A stretch of DNA of 64,000 nt from an uncultured Gammaproteobacteria bacterium (GTDB lineage Bacteria; Pseudomonadota; Gammaproteobacteria; JABCZS01). The position numbers were made by a program, and so were the translations under genes. This document shows, in pieces, positions 1-9,735 of this stretch (within the stretch, counting starts at the first letter, position 1; each line of letters begins with the position of its first letter). The stretch is taken from positions 1,504,001-1,568,000 of the forward strand of contig CAWKDC010000001.1 of assembly GCA_963848305.1 (NCBI GenBank). Direction: 5' to 3'. The notes beneath the pieces are model-generated. The model did no database searches, was not told the origin of the DNA, and was given only the letters and a program-made list of their open reading frames with translations.

Positions 1-1187
1 CCGGGGCTGCGCGTCATTTTGCGGAAACGGTGGGGCATCGATTCGCGTCGGGTCCTCGTACGGCGAAAGTGTTCACTTGGGTGATGGGATTGATTTTTCA
101 TCAAGGTGGTACGATCAGCACGATCCTCACGGGCACCACGGTCCGGCCAGTCACAGATAAGTATAAAGTGAGTCATGAGGAACTGGCTTATATCGTCGAT
201 TCTACCGCATCGCCTGTCGCCACCATCATCCCATTCAATGCCTGGCCGATTTACGTTGGCGGTATCATCATGGGCACATTGCCTTTTGTAAATTCTGAAG
301 CGGATGCATTCAGTTTATTTATTGCCTCTATCCCATTTAATTTTTATGCATTGTTTGCCGTATTTGCGACACTGTTGATGTCATTAGAAGTGTTGCCCTG
401 GGTGGGGTCAGGTTTGAAGGCTGCCATGATACGTTCGCGTATGACGGGTCAATTAGATGCGGATGATGCGCAACCGCTCATGAAATTGAGTTCAGGCAAA
501 GCGCAACAAGCCTATGGGTATTTGCCGAGCAATTGGGATTTCGTATTACCAATTTTATTGTTATTAACTGTTGCGGTCGTGCCTTATGCTGCGGCACATT
601 TAGGTTACATCGATTTGAAATATGCGAATTTTATTCCAGAAGCCTTTTTGGTCGCTGTATTAACCAGTATGATCGTTGCTAAATGCCGAGGGATGGCGTT
701 ATCAGATGTGATGGCGGGGTTCAATGAAGGTTGTCAAAGTGTGACAGTGGCGGCGATATTGTTAGGATTGGCGGTGACATTGGGCGTTGTGACCAAAAAA
801 TTAGGCCTCGCTTCATTTCTCGTGGAGATTGCCAATGGTGCTTTGTCGCCCACATTGCTACCAGGTTTGCTCACGCTGCTCTGTTTGCTCATCGCTTTTT
901 CAACAGGTTCATCATTCGGCACCTTCGCCGTTGTGTTGCCTGTCGCCATGCCACTCGCGTATGCATTGGTGCCCGATATCACCTATGTTCAAATTTGTTT
1001 GGGCGCAGTGTTGGGAGGGTCAGTCGCGGGTGATCAATGCTCTCCCGTTTCAGACACAGTGGTATTATCCAGCATGAGCACAGGCTGTGATTTAATGCAC
1101 CATGTCAAGACACAGTTGCCAATGTCCATGACAATATTGGGGATTGCAGCTATTTTTTCAATGATTGCTGTCAAAATATGGGTATAA
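1..1187 (+). CDS. Na+/H+ antiporter NhaC-family membrane transporter (5' truncated by window edge)
   Basis: Multi-TM protein with NhaC-family motifs ELAYIVDSTASPVA, FSTGSSFGTF and GDQCSPVSDT..LSS...GC. Confidence 0.85.
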   Translation, partial: GAARHFAETVGHRFASGPRTAKVFTWVMGLIFHQGGTISTILTGTTVRPVTDKYKVSHEELAYIVDSTASPVATIIPFNAWPIYVGGIIMGTLPFVNSEADAFSLFIASIPFNFYALFAVFATLLMSLEVLPWVGSGLKAAMIRSRMTGQLDADDAQPLMKLSSGKAQQAYGYLPSNWDFVLPILLLLTVAVVPYAAAHLGYIDLKYANFIPEAFLVAVLTSMIVAKCRGMALSDVMAGFNEGCQSVTVAAILLGLAVTLGVVTKKLGLASFLVEIANGALSPTLLPGLLTLLCLLIAFSTGSSFGTFAVVLPVAMPLAYALVPDITYVQICLGAVLGGSVAGDQCSPVSDTVVLSSMSTGCDLMHHVKTQLPMSMTILGIAAIFSMIAVKIWV

Positions 1188-1190
1188 ATA

Positions 1191-2228
1191 ATGATCAATC
1201 TCAAGCAGGTTAGTAAAGTGTATGGGGAAGCATCGCCTGTGGTGGCGTTGCATCCCACCTCTTTGCATATTCAAGCCGGGGAAATGTTTGGGATCATCGG
1301 GGAAAGCGGTGCCGGCAAAAGCACGCTATTGCGGCTGATCAACGGCTTGGAAACTCCCACCAGGGGTGAAGTGTGGGTCAATCAGCAATCCATTCAATCT
1401 TTGTCACCCAGTGCATTGCGTCAGGTTCGCAGTCGAATCGGGATGATCTTTCAGCACTTCCATTTGGTACTGGCCAAAACGGTGTTTGATAATGTGGCTA
1501 TGCCGATGCGTTTTGCGGGTGCGCCTGAAACAGAGATTCAACAACGCGTGCCTGTTTTGCTTGAGCGTGTCGGCCTCACGCGGTATGCTAAAAACTTTCC
1601 GGGTCAATTGAGTGGCGGGCAAAAACAACGTGTGGCGATTGCGCGTGCGCTGGCCCTTAACCCGAATATTTTATTGTCTGATGAATCAACCTCATCCCTG
1701 GATCCTGACACCACGGAACAAATTTTATCTTTGTTGAAAAGCCTTCATGATGAATTAGGATTAACCATTGTATTGATCACGCATGAAATGGAAGTGATCA
1801 AATCGATTTGTACGCGCATTGCGGTGATGAGTCGTGGACAGGTCGTGGAGCAGGGGGATGTGCTCGATATTTTCACCGCGCCGACAGATCCTTTCACGAA
1901 GAAATTGGTGGCGCGCTCAATGGGTGAATCCTTGCCGGCTGCATTGTTGGCGCGCATGTCTGTGCAAGCGACGGATACCAATCAACAACCTTTGATCCAT
2001 GTTTCATTTCGAGGCAAAGCTGCAACGGAGCCGCTCATTTCCGGTTTGGTGCGCGACTGCCACGTGTCTGTCAATATTTTGCAAGCGCATCTTGAAACAT
2101 TGCGCGGGGAAGGGTGCGGCACCATGATATTCACGTTGGATGATCCGCAGAAAAGAGATCCTGTGTTACATTATTTAAAAACGCGTGGCGCAACAGCGGA
2201 GGTGATGGGCTATGTTTCCATTCATTAA
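1191..2228 (+). CDS. metN: Methionine ABC transporter ATP-binding subunit
   Basis: Walker A GESGAGKS, LSGGQKQRVAIARALA, C-terminal NIL-type domain; first gene of a metNIQ operon. Confidence 0.95.
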   Translation: MINLKQVSKVYGEASPVVALHPTSLHIQAGEMFGIIGESGAGKSTLLRLINGLETPTRGEVWVNQQSIQSLSPSALRQVRSRIGMIFQHFHLVLAKTVFDNVAMPMRFAGAPETEIQQRVPVLLERVGLTRYAKNFPGQLSGGQKQRVAIARALALNPNILLSDESTSSLDPDTTEQILSLLKSLHDELGLTIVLITHEMEVIKSICTRIAVMSRGQVVEQGDVLDIFTAPTDPFTKKLVARSMGESLPAALLARMSVQATDTNQQPLIHVSFRGKAATEPLISGLVRDCHVSVNILQAHLETLRGEGCGTMIFTLDDPQKRDPVLHYLKTRGATAEVMGYVSIH

Positions 2229-2847
2229 AGCAACGATTGAAACACTTTACATGGTGCTGGTCTCTGGCTCGATAGCGGGTTTGTGTGGCCTCTCAATTGG
2301 TTTATGGATGTATGCCACTTCCAGCGCACATTTATTGGCGCAAAGAAATGTGTATCGTTTTGTCAGTGTTGTCGCGAATATTGTGCGTTCCATTCCCTTT
2401 ATTATTTTCATGATCATTTTAATTCCCGTCACACGGCTGATTGTCGGTACATCGATTGGTACGCATGCCGCGATTGTCCCGCTCACATTGGCCGCCATTC
2501 CGTTTTTTGCGCGCCTGAGTGAATCCGTGTTTGCTGAATTGCCGTCTGGTTTATTGGAAGCAGGAAAAGCGATGGGCGCAACGCCGCGTCAAATATTGTG
2601 CCACATGGTATTGCCCGAAGCATTACCGGGACTCATTCGCGCGATGACGGTGATGCTGATCACCTTAGTAGGATATTCTGCCATGGCAGGTATTGTCGGT
2701 GGGGGTGGGTTGGGTACACTCGCTTATAACGAGGGTTACCAGCATTTTAATGCCACCGTGATGTTGATCACGACAGTGATATTGATTGTACTGGTTCAGG
2801 CTATTCAGTCCACGGGGGATTATTTGGCTGCGCATTATACAAGATAG
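2212..2847 (+). CDS. metI: Methionine ABC transporter permease
   Basis: ETLYMV, RSIPFII, GYSAMAGIVGGGGLG motifs. Confidence 0.95.
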   Translation: MFPFIKATIETLYMVLVSGSIAGLCGLSIGLWMYATSSAHLLAQRNVYRFVSVVANIVRSIPFIIFMIILIPVTRLIVGTSIGTHAAIVPLTLAAIPFFARLSESVFAELPSGLLEAGKAMGATPRQILCHMVLPEALPGLIRAMTVMLITLVGYSAMAGIVGGGGLGTLAYNEGYQHFNATVMLITTVILIVLVQAIQSTGDYLAAHYTR

Positions 2848-2859
2848 GGAGAATTCAGC

Positions 2860-3647
2860 ATGAAATTATTCGCATTGTTATTTGTTTTTTTATTGACGGC
2901 TTGTTCTTCGCCAGATGCGCATCTTAATCGTTTGCGTGTGGGGACAATTGCAGGACCTGAAACAGAACTGATGGAAGTTGCAAAAGAAGTTGCATTGGCA
3001 CAATCGGGTTTGGAGATTCAAATCACGACTTTTGCTGATTATATTTTACCGAACACAGCATTGGCGGATGGTTCGTTGGATGCGAATGTTTTTCAACATC
3101 AGGTTTATTTGGATGCGTATTTAAAAGCGCATCCTGCACAGCATTTGGTGGCTGTTGGAAAAACATTTATTTATCCTGTCGGGATTTATTCCCAGCGTTA
3201 TACACTGGAGACATTGCCTGACGGCGCCAAAGTGGCTATCCCGAACGATCCGAGTAATGGGCCCGTGCATTATTATTATTGGCAAAGGCGGGGCTGATCA
3301 CGCTCGGACACAGCAATCCGAATAACGTCACGCAGGCGGATATTGTCAGCAATCCCAAACATCTTCATATCATGGCGATGGATGCTGCACAATTACCTCG
3401 CGTGTTGCCGGACGTTGGCCTTGCGGTGATCAACACGAATTACAGTTTATTAGCAGGCCTACATCCCCATAAAGATGCACTCATTTTGGAAGACAATGAT
3501 TCACCCTACGCGAATATTGTCGTCGTGCGTGCTGGTTTTGAAAACGATCCTCGCGTGAGCCAATTGGTGGAAGCGTTGCAGTCGCCCGCAGTGATAGATA
3601 AAGCAGATAGTTTATTTCAAGGACAGGCCATTAAAGCGTGGAAATAA
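2860..3647 (+). CDS. metQ: Methionine ABC transporter substrate-binding lipoprotein, split by a 1-nt frameshift near 3260 (probable sequencing error)
   Basis: Lipobox LTAC, DANVFQH; the motif PNDPSN-G-ARALLLL continues in another frame after aatgggcccgt; ends DSPYANIVVVR...AIKAWK. Confidence 0.9.
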
Positions 3648-3667
3648 ACGGGTTGGGAAGACATGAT

Positions 3668-3744
3668 TGGTGGCTATGGGTGGACTCGAACCACCGACCT
3701 CAGCATTATGAGTGCCGCGCTCTAACCGGCTGAGCTACATAGCC
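3668..3744 (-). tRNA. tRNA-Met (CAT), elongator type
   Basis: Reverse complement GGCTATGTAGCTCAGCCGGTTAGAGCGCGGCACTCATAATGCTGAGGTCGGTGGTTCGAGTCCACCCATAGCCACCA; cloverleaf, CAT anticodon, encoded CCA. Confidence 0.95.
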
Positions 3745-3756
3745 ATAAGATGCGAC

Positions 3757-3785
3757 ATTTTGACCGTTAATCATCGGGTTGTCAA
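3757..3785 (-). promoter_or_regulatory. Sigma70-like promoter for tRNA-Met
   Basis: TTGACA-17 nt-CAAAAT just upstream of the tRNA on the minus strand. Confidence 0.65.
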
Positions 3786-3920
3786 TAGAAATGGAACATT
3801 TTTTGCCCTCTATGAAGCGGATCTCTACATGCGGGGGTTGGTATGTTGAGGCCAAGACGAGTGACGGTTCCAAATTTCCTCAAAACTGTTATACTCGAAG
3901 CATAACTCCCGGAGGTTCTG

Positions 3921-5108
3921 ATGCTTTCCTCTCAAAACACCCCAAACATCCTTGACCCCAATCGCCCCCTCAGCTGGGACGAGCTCTTGAGGCTGCCTGG
4001 CAATAATATCCTGAAAAATCTGTATTATGCGAATCAACGCTGGGAAGCGCTTAAAGCACATGCGGCTGTGACCTTGCAGCACCAAGCCAATCTTGAGGAA
4101 CAAGCATCATTAGAAACGACAGAACCTTCACGCCCAGCCAGATCAGATAAAGTCGATATTTTCAGTGATGGCCGCGAAGCGGAGGAAGTCTTACTAGAGA
4201 TGGGCATAGATCCTTCCTCTGGTCCGCTTGAGGAATTGGCTGAAGAGGCACGTGCGAAAAGAGCCATTGAGTTGATATACACGCCTGATGAAAAAGCCTA
4301 TAGCCTTCTTGATGAATTGTTATCTGCGTTGACCCGTGGCCTCAACATGATTTCCTTCCAACAAGCTTTGAGAACGCCTGTGGATCCTACTCAGGCTGCT
4401 GCACAACGTAGTCTCAAAGAAAAACTATTGGAGGATTTGTACCGGCAACGCCCAGATTTAGCGATGCAAAATTGGATATTGGCGGCTAATTTCGTTGATC
4501 GATTGGCCAACGCACTGATCAATTTGGGTTATACGGCAGATACCTACGCAGCTGCATTCGCCACTTCGCCTGACGGGTCACGTGCCTTTGTCTTGGATTT
4601 TGAAAAACATGTCGCGCACATGTCTCAACTGTCCCATGAAGCACGTCGTGCGGTTGATGCGAGCCGTGCTCCCGAGATCTCGCCCAATGTATTCCCCAGC
4701 CCGCAAACGTTTCGTTTGCCACCCAAGCAAGAGGGACAATCGAATCAAGAGTGGCGATATGAGATTGCCCTCGAATACATACAAAAGATGTGGCCTCACG
4801 TCACGACGGAACGTACGACACCGGCCGAACAGCAAAACCAATTGCAAGCGCAGCAACAACGTTCAACACCTTTTAAATTGAAGCCAGAAGCGCCCGCGCC
4901 TGAACCCTCTGCACAAGAGAAATTGGAATACATCGCCAAAGATGTCTTACAAATAGACCTTGAAACCCTGGTCTCTCGCGCTGTTTATGGGGCCATGCAT
5001 ACATTGGGTATCCCCGGTATGGGTCCAGAGCAGGATGAAGAGGCCAAGAAGAAAAAGGCTCCCAGTCCATTTGAACCCCCTAACCCATTTGGAGATAAAA
5101 CAAAGTGA
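3921..5108 (+). CDS. Hypothetical helical protein with Pro/Gln-rich low-complexity C-terminal half
   Basis: 395-aa ORF, RBS GGAGG upstream, no recognisable family. Confidence 0.75.
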   Translation: MLSSQNTPNILDPNRPLSWDELLRLPGNNILKNLYYANQRWEALKAHAAVTLQHQANLEEQASLETTEPSRPARSDKVDIFSDGREAEEVLLEMGIDPSSGPLEELAEEARAKRAIELIYTPDEKAYSLLDELLSALTRGLNMISFQQALRTPVDPTQAAAQRSLKEKLLEDLYRQRPDLAMQNWILAANFVDRLANALINLGYTADTYAAAFATSPDGSRAFVLDFEKHVAHMSQLSHEARRAVDASRAPEISPNVFPSPQTFRLPPKQEGQSNQEWRYEIALEYIQKMWPHVTTERTTPAEQQNQLQAQQQRSTPFKLKPEAPAPEPSAQEKLEYIAKDVLQIDLETLVSRAVYGAMHTLGIPGMGPEQDEEAKKKKAPSPFEPPNPFGDKTK

Positions 5109-5560
5109 AGACGTTGAAAGCATGGTGTTTATTGGCTTTGGCATGGCCTGTTCTGTCTATCGCGTGTGATGCCCACAAAATTGCATTCAGCAAGGGTTAT
5201 ATCCCGCTGCCTGCGCCCGGCCAGCCCGTGGCTGCCGTATATATTGAGATCAAAAATGAGGGCGATAAACCCATCACATTGGAAAGCATTTCCAGTCCTG
5301 TTGCAGAACATGTGATGTTACATCAAAATGTTCATACTGCTCATCATGTTAAAATGAAAAGCCTTGAAACGCTTGTGTTGCCTTCGCATCAAACCGTTCA
5401 CCTAAAGCCCGGCCCAGGCAACATGCATATCATGTTGATGGGGTTGAAGCAGTCTTTGAAAGTGGGCGATACGGTGACGCTTTATGTGACCTTTGGCGAT
5501 GCTTCTGAAGCTGAGGTTTATGGGATTCCGGTTATAGCGGCGCATCATGGCGCATTGTAG
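5105..5560 (+). CDS. Periplasmic copper chaperone PCu(A)C family
   Basis: Signal peptide; AAVY..I.N, H-x10-M and LKPG..MHIML motifs. Confidence 0.9.
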   Translation: MKTLKAWCLLALAWPVLSIACDAHKIAFSKGYIPLPAPGQPVAAVYIEIKNEGDKPITLESISSPVAEHVMLHQNVHTAHHVKMKSLETLVLPSHQTVHLKPGPGNMHIMLMGLKQSLKVGDTVTLYVTFGDASEAEVYGIPVIAAHHGAL

Positions 5561-5585
5561 GGGCGCAGCATGCTGGATCCCTACA
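5556..5585. repeat. GTAG-type REP palindrome between convergent genes
   Basis: TGTAGGGGCGCAGCATGCTGGATCCCTACA; contains the TAG stops of both flanking genes. Confidence 0.75.
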
Positions 5586-5895
5586 ATGTGGTTATCTTCG
5601 AGACCATCCCCGCCTCATCAAAATAAATTGTGAGCTTTTTATGTTCCGGATCCTCAAATTTCTCTTTGTAATAATACACATAATCATAACGGTTGGAGCC
5701 AAATGTATCATGTGAAATAGGCTCGCCCAGGATGTAGTTAACCTGCTCTCGGGTCATGCCGACTTTGATTTGATCAACCTTGTCCTGCTCCAGCAAATTA
5801 CCTTGCTGCAGGGGAGGTCTGTGTACAAAAGGTACGTTATTTTGGCAACCCATCAAGACCAGGACAATTAACATCATGACTAATTTCATCAACAC
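5581..5895 (-). CDS. bamE: Outer membrane protein assembly factor BamE
   Basis: Lipobox LMGC, QQGN, GMTREQV.YILG.P, YDYVY; divergent from fur. Confidence 0.95.
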   Translation of the reverse strand: MLMKLVMMLIVLVLMGCQNNVPFVHRPPLQQGNLLEQDKVDQIKVGMTREQVNYILGEPISHDTFGSNRYDYVYYYKEKFEDPEHKKLTIYFDEAGMVSKITTL

Positions 5896-5980
5896 ATTCC
5901 TCAGGCAATGAATACATCTGGCAATTGTACCCGATCCGAGGTAACCTTGGTAATAACATTTTCAAAGTGACGAGGACTTT

Positions 5981-6388
5981 ATGGATAACGATGATCTGCG
6001 CAAAGCGGGATTAAAGGGGACGTTACCGCGCCTGCGTATTTTGCAGATATTGGCGGATGCATCCGACAAACACATGAGTGCTGAAGACATCTATAAAGGC
6101 TTGCTCGAGATGGGTGATGAGGTGGGGTTGGCCACGGTCTATCGCGCCTTAACCAAATTCGTGGATGCCGGCTTGGTGAACCGCTTGAATTTTGAAGGCG
6201 GCCAAGCGGTGTATGAGTTGAATGAAGGCCGACACCATGATCATATTGTATGTATTAAATGCAATGCCGTGGAAGAGTTTGTCGACGATGTGATTGAAGC
6301 GCGCCAGAAAGCGATTGCGGAGAAATATGGGTATGAAATGACCGATCATGCCTTGAATATATTTGGGGTGTGCAAAAAGTGTCGCTGA
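5981..6388 (+). CDS. fur: Ferric uptake regulator
   Basis: TLPRLRIL, GLATVYR, HHDHIVC..C, C..C. Confidence 0.97.
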   Translation: MDNDDLRKAGLKGTLPRLRILQILADASDKHMSAEDIYKGLLEMGDEVGLATVYRALTKFVDAGLVNRLNFEGGQAVYELNEGRHHDHIVCIKCNAVEEFVDDVIEARQKAIAEKYGYEMTDHALNIFGVCKKCR

Positions 6389-6398
6389 GATAATCCCG

Positions 6399-8060
6399 TC
6401 ACCCCAGCATCTCTTCCGCATGCTCCAGCGTTTTCTCTGTGATTTTCACACCGCCGAGCATGCGGGCGACTTCATGAATGCGGCCAGGTTTATCTAATAC
6501 TGACACCAAGGTGCGTGTTTGACCGTTTTCAATGTGTTTTGCAATATGAAAATGATGATCGCCCAGCGCCGCCACTTGCGGCAAATGCGTGACACACAAT
6601 ACCTGCGCTTTCTGTCCCAGGGTATGCAACAATTGCCCGACAATTTCAGCCGTGCTGCCGCCAATGCCGACATCCACTTCATCAAACACAATCACGGGAA
6701 GGCTATCGTCTTGAACAATCAATACCTGCAAGGCGAGAGAAATGCGAGACAATTCACCACCCGAGGCAATTCTATGGAGCGGTGCAGCAGGGCTACCAGG
6801 ATTCGTGCTCACCATAAAAACCACTTGCTCAGCGCCGTGCGCATTCGGTGTGTCGAGGGGTTCGAGCTGCACAAAAAACTCGCCATTGGGCATGCCGAGT
6901 TGTTGAATCGACGATGAAACCGCTTGACTGAGCAATAATGCCGATTCGGTTCTTCTTTCGGTTAATTCAATACACAAGGTTTGAAAAAAATGTTGCTGTG
7001 TGTCGATTTGAGCGCTCAATGATTCAATCGCTTCACTCTGTGATTGCAATGCATTCAAGCGCGATTGCAGTGCAGAAAATTTATCGAGCAATGCTTCAGG
7101 CGCGACACGATGCTTGCGTGCCATGTCATGTAAAACAGTGAGCCGCTCATGGGCAGCAGCCAAATGCGTCGGATCATTATCCATTTTTTGCGCATACGCA
7201 TTGAGCGTGCTGGCTGCTTCAATGCAATTGATGCGTGCTTCAGAGAGCATTGCGTGTACGGGCTCTAACGTTTTATCGATCTGCATCAGCGATTCACATT
7301 GCGTATGTAATTGTGATAAAGCCTTCACAATATTATGCGAAGGGTGATCATTCAATAATTGTAATGCCGATTCTATATTGCGCATCAATGTTTCGCTGTG
7401 GGATAAACGATCATGCTGCGCTGTCAGCGTTTCCCATTCATTTGGTTTGATCTGCACTGTTTCAAATTCTGTGATCTGAAATTGCAATAAATTCATTTCA
7501 TCTGATTTTTGTGATTCACTCAGGGTGAGTGCCGCAAGCTCTTCTTTGAGTGATTTTAAAATACGATACGCTTCTTGTGTGCACTGAGCAAGTGCTTGAT
7601 GTTTGCCGAAGATATCCAATAAGTGGCGGTGCGTATCTGTTTTGAATAATGCATGGTGCGCGTGTTGGCTGTGAATATCAATCATCAATCGAGACAGGGA
7701 TTTGAGTGTGGTGAGGGGCACGGCTTCACCATTAATATAAGCACGTGAACGGCCATCAGATAATATGGTGCGTCGGATCACGCATTCTTCACCGTGATTT
7801 AATTCATGTTCAATCAACCAGGTTTGTACCGCGGGCAATAAGCTGATATCCAATGTCACGCTGATTTCAGCGCGCTCAAACCCTGCGCGTACAAAACTCG
7901 CATCCGCGCGTTCGCCCATGCATAATGATAAGGCATCAATCATGATGGATTTGCCCGCACCCGTTTCGCCCGTCATCACGGTCATGCCGGGATATAATTC
8001 TAAATCCAGTTCGTCAATAATTGCAAAATGTCGAATATGAATATGCGTTAACATGGCCAC
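6399..8060 (-). CDS. recN: DNA repair protein RecN
   Basis: TGETGAGKS, coiled coil, ASGGELSR, FDEVDVGIGG, VTHLPQVAA. Confidence 0.97.
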   Translation of the reverse strand: MAMLTHIHIRHFAIIDELDLELYPGMTVMTGETGAGKSIMIDALSLCMGERADASFVRAGFERAEISVTLDISLLPAVQTWLIEHELNHGEECVIRRTILSDGRSRAYINGEAVPLTTLKSLSRLMIDIHSQHAHHALFKTDTHRHLLDIFGKHQALAQCTQEAYRILKSLKEELAALTLSESQKSDEMNLLQFQITEFETVQIKPNEWETLTAQHDRLSHSETLMRNIESALQLLNDHPSHNIVKALSQLHTQCESLMQIDKTLEPVHAMLSEARINCIEAASTLNAYAQKMDNDPTHLAAAHERLTVLHDMARKHRVAPEALLDKFSALQSRLNALQSQSEAIESLSAQIDTQQHFFQTLCIELTERRTESALLLSQAVSSSIQQLGMPNGEFFVQLEPLDTPNAHGAEQVVFMVSTNPGSPAAPLHRIASGGELSRISLALQVLIVQDDSLPVIVFDEVDVGIGGSTAEIVGQLLHTLGQKAQVLCVTHLPQVAALGDHHFHIAKHIENGQTRTLVSVLDKPGRIHEVARMLGGVKITEKTLEHAEEMLG

Positions 8061-8969
8061 CTACTCAGGTTCAGTGAAATACTTATTTTTCAGCGGTGTT
8101 CCCCATTCGAGTTTGGTCCGCAGGGTGTGATAATACCCGTAATCTTTAGGGTGGATCAACTTAAGACAATTTTTCTTGCGAGTTACCTGCAATGTTGCGC
8201 CAACGGACAAGGCAATCAAGGCCTGGCCATCACAACTGATGGCAGGATGGTTTGCAGATTGTGTGCACGCCACCCGTAATTCAATCAGCGCATCACTACT
8301 GACGGCAATGGGGCGAGAGGTCAGGGTGTGCGGGAACATGGGCACCAAGACAATCGATTCTAAAGAGGGGTGCAAAATAGGTCCCCCAGCGGAGAGGGCA
8401 TAAGCCGTTGAACCGGTGGGAGTGGCGATGATCAGCCCATCCGAGCGTTGGCTGTACACGAATTGTTTGTCAATATACAATTCAAATTCAATCATGCGGG
8501 CGATTTCGCCGGCATACAAGACCACATCATTAAGGGCAACCCCAATCAATGAGGCTTTGCCATCGACAAACAGATGGGCTTCCAATAAAAAACGCGACTC
8601 TTCAATATATTCCCCACGTAATATCGCACCGATTTGCGTTTCCAGCCCATCAGGTGAAATATCCGTTAAAAAACCCAACAATCCGCGGTTCACACCAATG
8701 ACAGGGATATGATCATCCACCACAGCGTGTGCAGCGTTGAGCAGGCTACCATCCCCGCCGACCACTATCACCAAGTCCACTTCTTTGCCCAAACGTTCCC
8801 GTAAAATCACGGGGAGTTTGAGGGAGGGCACATGTTCAGCGGTGTCGGCTTCTAAGAAGAGGTCCACTGGTTGTGTGGAGAGAAAATGCGCCAGCTTTTC
8901 CAGGGTGTCACGAGTGGAATGGGTGCTGTATCGACCCATCAAGGCGATGCGTTTAAAATGGGGCTGCAT
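8061..8969 (-). CDS. nadK: NAD kinase
   Basis: VGGDGSLL, NDVV, ATPTGSTAYALSAGGPI. Confidence 0.97.
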   Translation of the reverse strand: MQPHFKRIALMGRYSTHSTRDTLEKLAHFLSTQPVDLFLEADTAEHVPSLKLPVILRERLGKEVDLVIVVGGDGSLLNAAHAVVDDHIPVIGVNRGLLGFLTDISPDGLETQIGAILRGEYIEESRFLLEAHLFVDGKASLIGVALNDVVLYAGEIARMIEFELYIDKQFVYSQRSDGLIIATPTGSTAYALSAGGPILHPSLESIVLVPMFPHTLTSRPIAVSSDALIELRVACTQSANHPAISCDGQALIALSVGATLQVTRKKNCLKLIHPKDYGYYHTLRTKLEWGTPLKNKYFTEPE

Positions 8970-9062
8970 GATTGTTCTCCCGAGTGTACCTTCCTATTAT
9001 CGGTCAATTGATGAAAAAAAACCAATGGTTTCTGGTGACAAGCATTTTAGCGTTGAGCGTCC

Positions 9063-9091
9063 CTTGAATTTCGCCGGCTTTATCCCCATAT
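9063..9091 (+). promoter_or_regulatory. Sigma32 (RpoH) heat-shock promoter of grpE
   Basis: CTTGAA-15 nt-CCCCATAT. Confidence 0.85.
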
Positions 9092-9128
9092 GCTCTTCAA
9101 GTGCGAGAGATATACAGAGGAGTGTGGC

Positions 9129-9674
9129 ATGAGCAAGCATGATAAGCCTGAAGATTTCAGTTTCGATGAAGCGGTAGCGCCCCCCGAACTCACTGAAAAA
9201 ACATCAGATTCAGCCAAACAATTGGCTGAGGCCGAGAAAAAGGCTCAAGAAAACTGGGAATTGGCGTTGCGCACCCGCGCTGAAATGGAAAACCTTCAAA
9301 AGCGTGCTGTGCGAGATGTGGAACATGCCCATAAATATGCGTTGGAGCCTTTCATCAAGGCCCTGATCCCCGTGATTGACAGCCTCGAACAAGGGCTGGC
9401 CATGCCGACAGACAGCGGCGAACACGCCAAATCCTTGCACCATGGCATGGAACTCACCCTGAAAATGTTTTTAACGACCTTGGGAAAATTCAGTGTGGAG
9501 GTCATTGACCCGCTGCACAAGCCTTTCGACCCTATCCACCATGAAGCCATGGTGATGCAACCCACCGGCGATCACCCCGCAGGCACGGTTTTGACCGTCG
9601 TTCAAAAGGGCTATCTGCTGCATGGGCGCTTGATTCGGCCCGCTCGCGTGATCGTTTCAAAAGCGCTGGATTAG
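9129..9674 (+). CDS. grpE: Nucleotide exchange factor GrpE
   Basis: AEMENLQKR, FDPIHHEAM, QKGYLLHGRLIRPARVIV; ATG at 9129 after RBS GAGGAG. Confidence 0.97.
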   Translation: MSKHDKPEDFSFDEAVAPPELTEKTSDSAKQLAEAEKKAQENWELALRTRAEMENLQKRAVRDVEHAHKYALEPFIKALIPVIDSLEQGLAMPTDSGEHAKSLHHGMELTLKMFLTTLGKFSVEVIDPLHKPFDPIHHEAMVMQPTGDHPAGTVLTVVQKGYLLHGRLIRPARVIVSKALD

Positions 9675-9676
9675 GG

Positions 9677-9703
9677 CTTGAAAAATATTCAACAACCCCC
9701 CAT
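9677..9703 (+). promoter_or_regulatory. Sigma32 (RpoH) heat-shock promoter of dnaK
   Basis: CTTGAA-15 nt-CCCCAT. Confidence 0.85.
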
Positions 9704-9735
9704 GTGGGGAAGACATGACAACTGGGAGAACAAAG

